From the human T2T-CHM13v2.0 reference genome, Homo sapiens, in the NCBI RefSeq assembly GCF_009914755.1, contig NC_060935.1: a stretch of DNA of 64,000 nucleotides, one strand, 5' to 3'. How positions within the stretch are numbered: the stretch's first letter is position 1; every line of letters begins with the position of its first letter. The notes beneath the pieces are model-generated. The model was not told the origin of the DNA and ran no database searches. It was given only the letters and a program-made list of their open reading frames with translations. A program made the position numbers and the translations under genes. Shown here piece by piece: positions 12,492 through 25,960 of this stretch.

Positions 12492-12811
12492 TTTTTTTTT
12501 TGATACATTGATACAGGGTCTCGCTCTGTCACCCAGACTGGAGAGCACTGTCATGATCTCAGCTCTCTGCAGCCTTGACAACCTGGGTTCAGCAGATCCT
12601 CCTGCCCCAGCCAAATATCTGGTACCACAGTCATGTGCCACCACACCCAGCAAGTTAAAAAAAAAATGTTTTTTTTGTAGAGACAGGATCTCATTATGTT
12701 GCCCAGGTCAGTCTTGAACTCCTGGACTCAAGCAATCTTCCCACCTTGGCTTCCCAAAATGCCAGGATTACAGATGTGAGCCATTACAGATGTGAGCCAC
12801 TGTGCCTAGCT
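12492..12811 (-). mobile_element. AluJ with an internal 16-bp tandem duplication (ATTACAGATGTGAGCC x2)
   Basis: J-type diagnostics. Degenerate TSD TGGAAAA(G/A)AGCAA. Confidence 0.9.
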
Positions 12812-12951
12812 GGAAAAAAAGCAACTGTCTTTGCCATTACTGTGCATCACAATTTTTCTTTCAAATATGATCTTTAGGGATAGTATTTTAATTATCCCTT
12901 TGTACCTCTTCGACCTAGGTTGCAAGACAGAACTGTGTGTAGGGTTATAAT

Positions 12952-12952
<1 letters not shown>

Positions 12953-12999
<47 letters not shown>
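12953..12999. repeat. (CT)n(AT)n microsatellite
   Basis: Read directly. Confidence 0.95.
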
Positions 13000-13104
13000 A
13001 TTGCTTCTCAAGCTATTTTTGGCAGTTTTACTTGAATAAAAATTTCATCTCTTGGTACCACATCTACTCATTGAGTCATACCAGCCTGAGACAACAAGGG
13101 ATTA

Positions 13105-13255
13105 TGGGAAAGACCTTAGGTTCTGGAACTGGAAGACCTGAATTTGATTCTTGGCATCTACCAAGCACAAACAGTGTAATATTCAGAGGGTCCTTCTAAC
13201 TTTCCTGAGCCTACTTATTCGTATAATTAAAATGGAGATTATAGTATTTACATAA
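13105..13255 (+). mobile_element. MIR
   Basis: GAAGACCTGAATTTGATTCTTGG...CTTTCCTGAGCCT...AAAATGGAGATTATAGTA resembles the MIR core. Confidence 0.6.
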
Positions 13256-13499
13256 TAATATCAATACTAATAATAATACCTATGAAGTACTTCTAGTATG
13301 TCAGTAATCATTCTAAACATGCTATGTACCTCTGTGCCACATGGCTTCTCTCTTTCAGTTTCTTTACTTCTCCTTTCTGGTCTATTCTACTCAATTGTTC
13401 TCTCCTAACTTGAGTTCATGCATGATTCATTATCACTTATTTCTTTATTGGGAACTTATAGTTTCAACTTCCATTGTTATGTGTTCATTCTTTTAGTTT

Positions 13500-13975
13500 C
13501 TTTGATTTTGAATACAGCAAATCTTTTATCATGACATATGTTACTCTGTGATCTCACTCTGGCCTCCATCTCTGATCTACTTTTGAACTATGTGGAGAGC
13601 TCCCATGCTCAATACTGTGTTACTGAAACATGTCAGGTTTTATCAAACTTTGGGTCCTCTAGTTTTTCTGGTCTCTCTTCCTGGAATACTCTTCTGTTAT
13701 ATATGATTTACCTGTCATATTCACATTCCTCAGGTCTCCATAGCCATTTTCTATTTCATTGCTATATTTTATTTATAATCTTTTTAATAAAAATGCATAT
13801 ATCATATTTATTTGCTCACTTCTACATTAATTACCTCCTTAAACTAGAATTCAAAAATTATAAAAGCAAAACTTTTTGTTATATTCATGACAATACCCAT
13901 AATACCTACTGCAGAGTCTACCATGTAGTAAATCTGCAGTAAATATTTATAAAATTGATTAAATAAATGAAATAA
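13500..13975 (+). mobile_element. L2 3' fragment
   Basis: Ends GTAGTAAATCTGCAGTAAATATTT...ATTAAATAAATGAA, an L2 tail. Confidence 0.6.
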
Positions 13976-15689
13976 AATAGTCACCATGCCCAAATACTTA
14001 TTATGATTTATTATTATTTTATTATTTATTACTCTCTCAATAATAGAAAACAAACTAATATATCTCCAGTTGTCCACATATTGTAGTAAAGACAAAGTGT
14101 TGTTGTGTCTTGGACTCCTTCTATTTAACAAATACCAACATGATCTGCCCTATCTTTACATATATTTGATGTATCACTTTCTTCATGACTAAGTAGAAAT
14201 ATACTTACACTTCTCTTCAATGACAGGCAAATGATATGTGAGTTTATACATGTGTTTTCTCCAGCAAGGAATTCATAATTTTCATGAGCTCGTCAAAGAT
14301 TTGAATATGAGACTCTAAAAATGTTTTAATCACTCTCTTACCTCATGAAAACATAATTATTTTATCATAGTTTTAAGTATATAACTATTTCCAAAATTGA
14401 CAGGATGCTAGCCTAAATAGTTGAAGTTTAACTGTTTATATTTTTAAAGCAAGTAATAATACTTTAAAAAATTAAATATCTACTTTGTACAAGTACACAG
14501 TAGAGGATAAATAATCATAGAATGGAGGTGAATTTATGATCTAAGAATGAATAATCAACCTTCGGTAGCTTTGAATATAGATTTTTTTATTAGTTGTTAT
14601 AAAAGTTATAATCTATACAGTCTTCTTCAATATATTTCATAAATAGAGAAAATGCTTCAACATATACAGTGGTCAAGCAGCATTTGCTAACATCATATTA
14701 AGTTTCATTTTTTATATGCTTGAGAATATTAGAGATTGATTTGTTGGTAATTTATTAACAAGCTAAAACTACAATGTGTATTTTATTTATTATTGAAGTC
14801 ACTTCAAAGTGGCCCAGAGTCATTTTATGTGACTTTACAGTGACTTTAATGTCCTGTGGCCTCCTGGACCCAATAATTAATCAACTTTGATTGTCCTGGC
14901 AGATTCTGTGGCTGATTTTGAAGGATAATCCATACAAAGTTACTGTGCAAATGTTTGCATTAGTACTTTTGGAGAACCTCTTTCCAGATTAGAGAGAACC
15001 CTTAACCACTCGCTTTCCGCTTGCAACAAATACCCAAATACCTTGCGTTTGTGATGGGGAGATGACACATGGTTAAATAAAATGCACCACGATTTAGAAT
15101 TTGGATACAAATAAGCACTAAAAGGAAGAAGCAAAATTAAAGTATAGTTTTCATTATATCTGACTGGAAACAGATCTGATATCTTATATTGAAAACAGAG
15201 TAGAAAAAATATCTGAGATTTTTTTTCCTTCAGACTATTAATAGTAGGTACTGCAGGGCTGTCATTAATAAGAGAAGGGGGAGGAGGAGAATTGATGTGA
15301 GTCTATATGATTAACTCTGGCTTTCTGTCTAAAAGTGCTTTCTGAATCATAGCACAGGGAGAAGAATCCAAGCAGAACATAGTAGTTTTACTAAATTGAA
15401 GAGAGAGATTAAAGTACGGGGAGCCTGAAGTGGCTAAATGTGTAGAACACAATATCCCAAGAGACACAGCTACTCTAAGAAAGGGTTCCATAAACCTTCA
15501 CTAGGTTCCCACTTTAATCTGTTGCTGAAAAATATGCTGTACATGAACAAAGCAAAACTCTATAGACAGGTTAATAAACAGCATAGAGACCTGAAGGCCA
15601 AACAATCCCCAGAAATCAAGCAAAGCTTGTACACTTGTGAGTTCTAATCAGTCATCGTAGGACCATACAAAATATTTAAACTGAAACAT

Positions 15690-15925
15690 GGAGAAGAGAG
15701 AGGCAGGAAAAAATATACAATAACAGAGCCTCAGTCCTCACTGACCTGTGGGGCTACAATACCAAGCTAAACTCAAACACGTGAGTAACTGGATTCTCAT
15801 AATGCAGTGGTGATACTGGGGAGAGTGTCAATAAAGATAATTGAAGAAATAATGGACATTTTCTCCCAATTTGATAAAAACTATAAATCATAGCATGTCA
15901 TAAACATTTTCCTAAAAACCAGTGT
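15690..15925 (+). mobile_element. Old L1M ORF1-region fragment
   Basis: AACAGAGCCTCAG..GACCTGTGGG..TTGAAGAAATAATGG..CCCAATTTGATAAAAACTATAAA. Confidence 0.55.
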
Positions 15926-17151
15926 TTGTTTTTATTGTTACTTGCAACTAAATATATTTCCAAAATATATTTTCAGATATTTTTCCGGGGGGAGGTGTTA
16001 GGAGATGGGAATAATGGCACTGAGGGAGACTAAGTTAGGGTGCTGAGATTTGAGGTGATCTCAAAACCCAAACTCATTTAAACATAAATAATATACTGAG
16101 TGGTAAGCTCAGGAGGCCAAAGAGGGTTTACTAGAAAAAAAGCAGAAAACAGTGGGTGGATTATCTTATGGAAGAATTACGCTATTAATTTTGAAAAAGT
16201 CAGTGACATAAATAGGCATTACAATATTGACAGAAGACCTATAAATTAAAAACAAACAAACAAAAGAAAACCTTAAAGTGTGTTGAAGAGGCAAAGAAAT
16301 GCTAGAGATGTATAATGTGTATAAATATACATATTGTATACTTACATATATATACGTCTCTAGTGTTTCTCTGTCACTCTGAATTTCATTTACTGTAATT
16401 AGACCTTCTTGACTTACTGAATACTGTCAACCCAATGCTTTTATTATCATAAGTGAACAATTACCTCTTATCTATGAAGACATCTCAGTGGCTACACAAT
16501 CTCTTGGGCTTCTCAGTAGCTGGTGTATGACAGCAGACAATTTGGGTGGATAATTCACAGAGAAAACTTTTATAAATGTCCCTTATGATATTTATATAGG
16601 TCTGTTCATTTATATTGTCTGACATTTAAAACTAGATGGGTGAAAATATTGTAAAGCAAAGCAAGCACACTCTTCTAAAAAATAATTGATTGTCTGATCT
16701 CAGAGGTCATTTTCGTCTTAAACTTGTGTGGATTGTGACTTGTCTTTGAATTTACATCAACTCTGGTAATAGAGCTGCTGAAAACCTCTTGTGATTAGAG
16801 CCCATTTGCCAGAAGTTTAGGGAAGTCTCTTAAGTCCCTTTTATCCCTTTGTATTATGGCTATCTCTCTCTTTTTGAGTTTGACATTTCTTTTATCTTTA
16901 TTATTAAATAAAGAAAGAGATTAATCTTGGCTCTTTTTTTTCTAACTAATTAATATATGTGTTCATGTGCCTCTCTTTGATAAATAAATCTTAGAGGCAG
17001 TTTACAAATCAAACACATGTAGTAATTATGTTTTTTTAAGCCAAAAGATTAGGAGCTTGGGAAATATGAATTTATATAAACACACTGCAGGGAGAGTAGA
17101 ACAGATTTAACCAGGTCAGATCATTCTAGAGAGTTAGAAAACTGAGCTTCA

Positions 17152-17405
17152 GGCCAGGCACAGTGCTGTAATCCCAGTACATTGGAGGCTGAGATGGGAG
17201 GGTGTCTTAAGGTAAGGACTTTGAGAGCAGCCTGGGCAACATAGTGAGATACCATCTCCATAAAAAATTTAAAAATTAGCCAGGAAGCTGAAACAAGAAG
17301 ATTGCTTCAGCCCAAGAGTTCAAGGTTACAGTGAACTGGGATCACACCACTGTACTCCAGCTTGGGTGACACAGTGAGACCCTGTCCAAAAAAAAAAAAA
17401 AAAAA
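17152..17405 (+). mobile_element. AluJ with internal deletions
   Basis: GGCCAGGCACAGTG start; CCCAAGAGTTCAAGGTTACAGTGA (Jo-like); A tail. The start of the right monomer is deleted. Confidence 0.9.
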
Positions 17406-18065
17406 GCAGCAATATTGTTTCTATAACTACCACTTATTAAGTACCTGCTATGGGCCAGGCAGCATGTTATACACTAAATCCATACCCTACCCAGACACAA
17501 ACAAACACACCCATGTCACTCACATTGCATATGCATAGTTTGTTCTGCTACAAAAAGAATAGCCTCTGATTTGGGCTGATTTAGATACCTGTTCTTTGAA
17601 ATTTTCTGAGACTCTTTTGGGCTCTTTACTTTTTCTAATAGTGGAAAATATATATTATTCAACATTTATCATTTTAGCCACCGTTAGGTTTATAATTCTA
17701 TGGCACTAAATGCATTCACATTGTTGTGCAGTCATCACCACAATCCACCTCCAGAACGTTTTTCTCCACAAACTGAAACTCTGCACCTATTAAATAATAA
17801 TCCCCATTTTACAATCCCCCCACCCAGCCTGTGGTAACTACCTTTCTACTTTCTGTGTCTCTGAAGTTTACTACTCTAGGGATCGCATGTAAGTGAAAGC
17901 ATAGAGTCCTTATGTGACTGGCTTATTTTATTTATCCTAATGCCTTTAAGGTCTATAAATGTTGTATGTGTGTGTCACATTTTCCTACCTATGTAAGGCT
18001 GAATAATATTGTATGTTGTTTTAAAATATACCCAGGATTTGTTTTAAATAAGTATAGTAAGATAT

Positions 18066-18435
18066 CGTATTAGTGTATTCTCACACCGCTATAAAGAAAT
18101 ACCTGATGCTGGGTAATTTATAAAGAAAAGAGGTTTAATTGACCCACAGTTCCACATGTCTTGGGAGGCCTCAGGAAACTTAAAATCATGGCAGAAAAGA
18201 AAGTAGGCTCTTTCTTCACATGGCGGCAGGAGAGAGAAGAGCAAGCAGGGGAAATGCCAGACACTTATAAAACCACAAGATCTCCTGAGGACTCACCACT
18301 GTCATGAGAACAGCATGGGGGAAACTGCCCCCATGATCAAATCACCTCCCACCAGGTCCCTCCCTCCAAACGTGGGGAGTATGGGGATTATAATTCAAGA
18401 TGAAATTTGGGTGGGGACACAGCCAAACCATGTGA
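18066..18435 (-). mobile_element. THE1 (THE1D-like) solo LTR, 5-bp TSD GATAT
   Basis: GTATTAGT..CTATAAAGAAATACCTGA..GGGGACACAGCCAAACCAT. GATAT at 18061-65 and 18436-40. Confidence 0.92.
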
Positions 18436-18621
18436 GATATGTAGATATGGAAATGCTTGTCATAAAGGAATAAAATCCCACTCATAGCTTCCTAGAAACA
18501 GAAGACAGGGCATGCCAGCCACACAGGGCCACATGGGGAAGGACTGGGATAGTTAGGAGGCAGAAGCAAGGGGGAAAATGGGGATCCAGAACCTTAGTTA
18601 TGATTTTCATGGGAAGGAGTG

Positions 18622-18751
18622 AGCAAAAAAGGGTAAGCAGGCTAAGGAAGTTTAAGATTGGCTATTTTAAATAATTTCAGAGGGCTAGCAAAAAAGGGTA
18701 AGCAGGCTAAGGAGGTTTAAGATTGTCTACTTTAAATAATTTCAGAGGGCT
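18622..18751. repeat. 65-bp tandem duplication within the LTR (3 mismatches)
   Basis: Copies at 18622-18686 and 18687-18751. Confidence 0.92.
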
Positions 18752-19634
18752 CCCAGGTACAAGGGCTGTCTCTAGTGTCAAGTATTTATTTGGTCCTGGG
18801 AAGATTGGGACAGTTAGTAGCCCAGAGTATAACAGCTAGACAAAAGAGTAGAGGGGGAAGAGTCTTTCGATTGGTTGGTATAAATTGGTTGGTTGATAGC
18901 TATCTTCTAAAGAATCTTTGTATTGGTTGGTTTGCATATAAAAGGTGCACTTGTAGGCAAGTATTTTACTACCTCTAGAAATTCACTAATCCTGGGAGGC
19001 ACAGTCTCTCCAGAATCAGTTAGTCCCCAGATGACAGTAGAACATACAGAACATAAAAAGGCATTATATATAAAAAGGCAGTACACACACACACACCCAA
19101 AAAAATACTTCACATTTTGTTTATCTATCAATGGATAGATACAGGTTGCTTTCATCTTTTGGCTATTGTGAATCCTCACAATTCTTAATCTACACTCACT
19201 TATCTGTGCAGGGCTTCTTAACATTTTCATTGAAGAGACTCTATTTTTATTTGTAAATTGTCCATCTTTTCATTGATCATTGTTCAATAGTTACTTTAAT
19301 TACTATCTTATCATTTGGTTTATAAGAAAGTTTTGCTTTTCTCTAATACACTCATCAAAATGTCAGCTTTGCTATGCACTCTGATACAAATTTTGTCTCA
19401 CCTCTTACTGTTGTTTTGCCTCCATTTTTTTGTGTTAGTCTAAATTCTGCCCTTTGACTCATATAATGCTACTATAGAGGTAGTTACTTTCACAATATGG
19501 TCCAACTAAATATAGAATTTTGTACCTGTGGAGTGTTGTCTTTATTCACTCTATATAACACCATTGACTACGTGGTTATTAGCAACAGCTCTAGCAACAT
19601 GCCTTTTTGTTTGGTTGGTTCTCTTTTCCAATTA

Positions 19635-19800
19635 TTTATTTTCATTGTGGTAAAATATATTTACAACATACTTACTACTGAAAAATCTAAAATAAACAGT
19701 TCAGTGACACTGTGTTACAATATTGTACAACCATATAGCTTTTTAATTCCAGAACATTTTCATCATCTCAAACAAAAACTCTGTTACTATTAACCACTCA
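19635..19800 (-). mobile_element. L1MB-type 3' end fragment
   Basis: ATTGTGGTAAAATAT..CAGTTCAGTG..TTGTACAACCAT..TAATTCCAGAACATTTTCATCATC. Confidence 0.65.
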
Positions 19801-19855
19801 TAGCAAATGTTACTTAGCTTTTGTGTTTTTTGCTGTGGAGATGAATGGGTGATAT

Positions 19856-20168
<313 letters not shown>

Positions 20169-22726
20169 GGTGATAGGTATTTTCTAAAGGATGTGAGGGA
20201 GTAAGTCTTTTCTAGCTAAACATTTAATATCAATAATTTAATATTAGTATCTATTCTAGAGAATAGTAATTTTCTGAGATGATTTATTTAATTTTATAAT
20301 CACAAAGTCAATGGTTATAATTTTTATTTCATCATTAACAGTTTGTTTTACACATTTTTGTGTTTATACTCCTCATTCTATTTCACAGGTTGAATCATTT
20401 GAATTGATCACTGATCTCATACAATTTAATTTTTAATGACTAACCATATAACTCGTTTGTGACTAAGGTCATGCTACCACTATATGCTAAGTGAAGTGTA
20501 CAATTTGCTATCATGAAATATCTTTTTAAGACCTGGACTCTTGACTTGACCAAATCCTGCCTCTGCATTAACCATGGCTGAAACAGGGACAAAACTCAAG
20601 CTTCAGGCATCCACTGACAGGTAATTAATTAACTTAAAATTATATGCTCAATTTATAGCATACTTTATAGTCTTATTAGGTTCAGACAGAATTATGTATA
20701 GAAAGAAAGTGTACTATCTATGTTTAAGGGGAAAGAAACCAAAGCTAATACTGGTCAGATAGACAGACATGTTTTATGTATATGGCATAAAGGTATGGAT
20801 TTGGTCTTGAAAACAATGAGAAGCCATAAAACTATTTAAACAAAGGAGTTGTATGAATGTACTTGTGTAAGAATGAACACCATAGTAGCAGTGAAGAATA
20901 ACATTTTGGGGAAAGGGAGAAGGAAGCAGGTGTGAGTAGAGGCTTCATATCTATTACAGTAATTCAGTCAACATGTAATAAGCCACCACCTGGTTTACAG
21001 AGAGACCTGGGAGTTCTGCAGGGGCTTAACAAAATAGAATTTCCTGGGGTCAGGAGTAGTTAAGGACTTCAGGCAGGGATATATAATAAAATATATCTTA
21101 TGGCTTACGTATATTTTCAGGGCTGCATAGGATTCAATATGAGCATTCTAGCATTATCCTGAAGTCTCTGTAGCAATACACTCTTTATAACTGCCTTGAG
21201 TTTCTTAGTATTTGGGAAAGTCATAGGGAAATCCTTATGTAGATTTATATTGAGCCGAGGGAAGAGAGCATTCATAAAAGTTGAGGTAAAATAAACCAAA
21301 AGTTCAAAAGTAACAGAAATCAATGTCAGGGTTCCAATGGGCTTCATGCACTGTGAGTTCCCAGATCTATTAGCAATTAGCCTGGACTTCCCAATTGTAG
21401 ATGAGAACTCTTAACAGTTTTATATGTGTTAATAAATATTAAAGCAAAAGTGATCACAAAAGCTGGATAACCTGAAGACATACATATTAAGGTTACAATA
21501 TTAAGGATTAATTAAGAAAATATTTTTAAGTGCTTTGCATAAATTATGACATATTCACTACTGAAACGTGTAGCATAATTATTGGGAAAATGAATTAAGC
21601 TTTCTGAGTCTCATTCTCCATATTCTTTTCATTCCAAAGTGTTAACATTATACACAACACAAAATAATTAACTAAAGATAATGAGAACACAGTAAATGAA
21701 AATATATTTTGCCCGTCTGTTTGTATTATTTGTCTTCAGGCTTGAATCTAAGTTTATATGAAATCTCTCATACAAAACATATACTCTGGAATTGTGATCT
21801 TAAGAGAGACACAGACAAACTAATAATAGTGATTGCTTACTTAACCTCAAAACAATTTCAGTTAGTTAATATATTTTATATTATTTAAATTTTTTCATAA
21901 AAGTCTATTGAGTTGTCTTTGCCATTTGTAGTTTAATAAAATACATGTGGGATCTTAAGGGACATGTTCAAGAAATAATTGACAGTTTCAGATCATATGT
22001 TTAAGTATTTAACCCATTTTGAGTTGACTTTTTTGGATAGTGTCAGGCAAGAGCCCAAGTTTATTCTTTTGCATGTGGATGTCAGGTTTCCCAACACCAT
22101 TTACTGAACAGACTATCCTTTCCTCCTTGTGTGTTCTTGGCACCACTGTCAAAGATTAGTTGATCATATATGCTTGTTTTATGTCTGGGATCTCTATTTT
22201 GCTTTCTTGGTCCATAAGTCTATTTTTGTGTCACTACCTTATTGTTTTGTTACTGTAACATCAAAATATATTTTGAAATAAGGAAGTATGATGACTCTAG
22301 CTTGAAAACATAAAACTCCTAGAAAAAAAATAAAAAAAACTTCTTTGGATACAACACCAAAGCACAGACAGCATAAACAAAAATGGAGCAGTGGGATGAT
22401 GTGAAAATAAAGTTTCTTCAAAGCAAGGGGAAAAAATCACCAAAATAAAAATGCAACCTACAGAATGAGAGAAAATATTTGAAAATTATACATAGGATAA
22501 ACAGTTCATATCCAAGGTATACAGAACTCAAACTCAGGAGAAAAAAAATAATTAAAAAACTAGACATTTCTCCGAAGATGACATACAAATGGACAACAGG
22601 CTGTTGAGCATATGAAAAATGCTCAACATTACTAATGATCAGTGAAATGAAAAAACCACAATGAGTATCACCTCACATCCTTTAGAATGCCTTTTATTTG
22701 TAAAATAAAAGATAAATGTTGTCAAG

Positions 22727-23142
22727 TGATATAGTTTGGATGTTGTCTCTGCCCAAATCTCACCTGGAAATGTAACCCCCAATGTTGGAGGTGGGACCTG
22801 GTGGAAGGTGACTGGATCATGGAGTGAATTTCTCATGAATGGTTTAATATCATTCGCTTGGTGTTGTCCTTGAAATAATGAATGAGTTCTCATGATATTT
22901 GGTTGTTTAAAATCATGTGGCACCTCCCCACTCTCACTTTCTTGCTCCTGCTTCTGCCGCTTGATAAGCTTTCTCCTCCTTCACCATCTGCCATAATTGG
23001 AAGCTTTCGGAGTCTCCCCCAAAGCAGATGCTACTATATTTTCTGTACAGCCTCCAGAACTGTTAGCCAATTAAACCTGTTTTCTTATAAATTACCTAGT
23101 CTCAGGTATTTCTTACAGCTGCATAAGAACAGCCTAATATTA
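22727..23142 (+). mobile_element. MST (MSTA/MSTB) MaLR solo LTR, 5-bp TSD TCAAG
   Basis: TGATATAGTTTGGATGTTGTC..CCAATTAAACCT..AAATTACC..CTAATA. TCAAG at 22722-26 and 23143-47. Confidence 0.92.
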
Positions 23143-25712
23143 TCAAGGACGTGATGAAAAGGGAACTCTTGGGTACTGTATATGGAAATGTAAAATAGTG
23201 CAGAGACTATTAAAAACACTATAGAGATTCCTCAAAAAGTTAAAATTGGAACTACCATATGATCCAGCAATCCCACTTCTGGGTATATATTCAAAAAAAT
23301 TGAATTCAGGGTCTTGAAGAAATACCCTCATTTCCATATTCATTGCAGCAATATTCACAGTAGCCAAGGCTTGGAAACAGTTTAAATGACCATCAACAGA
23401 TGATGTAATTTTAAAAATGTGGTACATAGAAACAATGGAATATTTAGCCTATAGAAAAGAGAAAAAGCCTGTCATTTGTGAAGACATGGATGAATCTTCA
23501 GGACATTATTCTAAGGGAAATAATTAAGACACAGAAGAAAAAAATACCATTTTATACAATTATATGACTCCAAAATAGTCAAACTCATAGAAGCAGAGAG
23601 TGGAATGATGATTGATATAGGCTGGAAGTAGAGCAAAAGAGGGTGATATATTTCAAAGGGCATAAAGTTATGGTTACAAAAGTCCTGGAGATCTACCATA
23701 CATCATAGTGCCTGGAATTGTTAATAATGTGTTATATACTGCCAATTCTAATAAATCTATTTTGAAATATTGAAGAGCAAAGAATACATTCAAACTTATT
23801 CTATGAAGCCAGCATTACTCTGATACAAAAGCAGACAAATACACAACAAAAAAGTAAAAGTACGAGCCAATATTCCTGAAAAATCATAGATGTAAAAATC
23901 CTCTAGAAAATACTAGCAAAAAGAATTTAACAACACGTCAAAAAGATCAGGTACCATGATCCAGTGGGATTGACCCCAGGGATGGAAACATGGCTCGAAA
24001 TATACAAATCAATAATTGTGAAACATCACATCAACAGAATTGAGGACAAAAATCACATGATCATTTTAATAGCTGCTAAAAATTATTGATAAAATTCAAC
24101 ATCCTTTCATGATAAAAACCCTTAAAAAATAAGTATAGAAGAAGGAACATATCTGAGCATGACAAAGATTATGTATGGTAAGCCCATAGGTAATGTCAGA
24201 GTGAATGGGAAAATAAATTGAAAGCCTTCCCACTAAAATCTGAAATAAGACAAGGATATCCAATTATACCAATTTAACTCAGCATAGAACTGGAAGTCTT
24301 AGCCAGAGCAATTAAGCAAGCAAAAGCAGTACAATGCATCCGTATTATAAAGGAAGAAGTCAAATTATCGTAGTTGGCAGACTATATAATCTTATTTTTA
24401 GAAAACCCTAAAGACTACACAAAATCTCTTAGAACTGATTATTATATTCAGTAAAGCTACAGGATACAAATTAATATAAAAAGGTAGTGTTTCTATACTC
24501 TAAAAGTTATTTGATCAATCTAAAAGATAAATCAAGAAAGCAGTTCCTCTTAAAATAGCTACAAACATACCTAGAAATAAATTGAAACAAAGAAGTGACA
24601 GATATCTAAAAGGAAAACTATAAAACATTAATGGAAGAAATTAAATATAACAGAAAAATAAAATACACATCATGCTCATGGATTGAGATAATAGTGTTAA
24701 AATGTCTACACAATTAAAAATGGTCTACAGATTAAATGTAATCTCTATTACTAATAGAGATTACAATTAGATTCCCAATGTCTACCAATAGCATTCTTAA
24801 GAGAAATAGAAAAAAAAAAATCCTAAAATTCACATGAAACCAAAACAGACCTCGAATAAAGTAATCCTGAGCAAAAAGAACAAAGCTGGGGGAATCACAC
24901 TACCTGATTCCAGATTATACTACCAAGTTCCAGTAACCAGAATACCATGGTACTGTCATAAAAGCAGACATAGACTGATGGAACAGAAGAAAGAGCCCAG
25001 AAATAAATCCACACACTTAACAATCAAGTGATTTTTGACAAAGGCATCAAGAACATACATTGGAGAAAAAACAGTTTCTTTAATAAATTTTGCGTGAAAA
25101 GTGGATATTCATATGCAGAAAAATGAATCTAGATCCCCATCTTTCACTATACGCAAAAATCGATTCAAAATTGATTAAAGATATAAATGTATGACCCGAA
25201 ACTATAACACTACTAACAGAAAACCTTGAGGAAACATTATAGGACATTGGTCTGGGCAATGTTTTGGGTAAGACCTAAAAAAAAAAGGCAACAAAAGCAA
25301 AAACTAACAAATGTGATTAAGCTAAAAAGCTTCTAGATAACAAAGGAAACAATTAACAAAGTGAAGAGAAAACCTACAGAATGGGAGAAAGCATTAGCAA
25401 GCTATCCATTCAACAAAGGATTAGTAACCAGAATATGTAAGGAACTTTATGGCAAAATAACAAATAATCACATTAAACAATGAGCAAAACACCTGAATAG
25501 ATATTTCTCAAAAGAAGATGAACAAATATCCAACAGGTATATGAGAAAATGTCCAACATCACTAATCATAAGGGAAATGCAAATCAAAACTATGATAAGA
25601 TATCTCATCCCAGTTAAAATAACTTTTGTCAAAGGACAAAAAGTAACAAGTAATGATGAGGATGTGAATAAGGTAGAACACTATTATACTGTTGCTTCTT
25701 TGCTGCTCTTTT

Positions 25713-25884
25713 TAGCTGGGATTACAGGTGCCCACCACCACGCCTGGCTAATTTTTGTATGTTTAGTAGAGATGGGGTTTCACCATATTGGCCAGGCTGG
25801 TCTTGAACTCCTGTCCTCAGGTGATCCGCCTGCCTCAGCCTCCCAAAATGCTGACATTACAGGTGTGAGCCACCGCACTTGGCC
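25713..25884 (-). mobile_element. AluS fragment lacking its 3' ~110 nt and A tail
   Basis: Left monomer, linker and the start of the right monomer only. Confidence 0.9.
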
Positions 25885-25960
25885 TACTCACATTCTGTTG
25901 GTGGAAATGTAAAGTAGTACAGCCATGTAGAAAACAGTAGAGAAGTTTCTGGAAAATCTA

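Larger units (their letters stand above)
18014..19065 (-). mobile_element. ERVL solo LTR (MER74/MER54-group-like), split by THE1
   Basis: AATATACCCAGG..CCTAGAAACAG..CAGGGCCACATGGGGAAG..GGGTAAGCAGGCT..GATTGGCTA..ATAATTTCAG..GGGCTGTC. Subfamily from recall. Confidence 0.6.
17630..19175 (-). mobile_element. L1MB 3' end, interrupted by LTRs (L1 parts ~17630-18013 and ~19110-19175)
   Basis: CATTCACATTGTTGTGCA..CATCACCAC..CCACCTCCAGAAC..GGCTGAATAATATT resumes as CACATTTTGTTTATC..GGTTGCTTTCATCTTTTGGCTATTGTGAAT. Confidence 0.8.
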
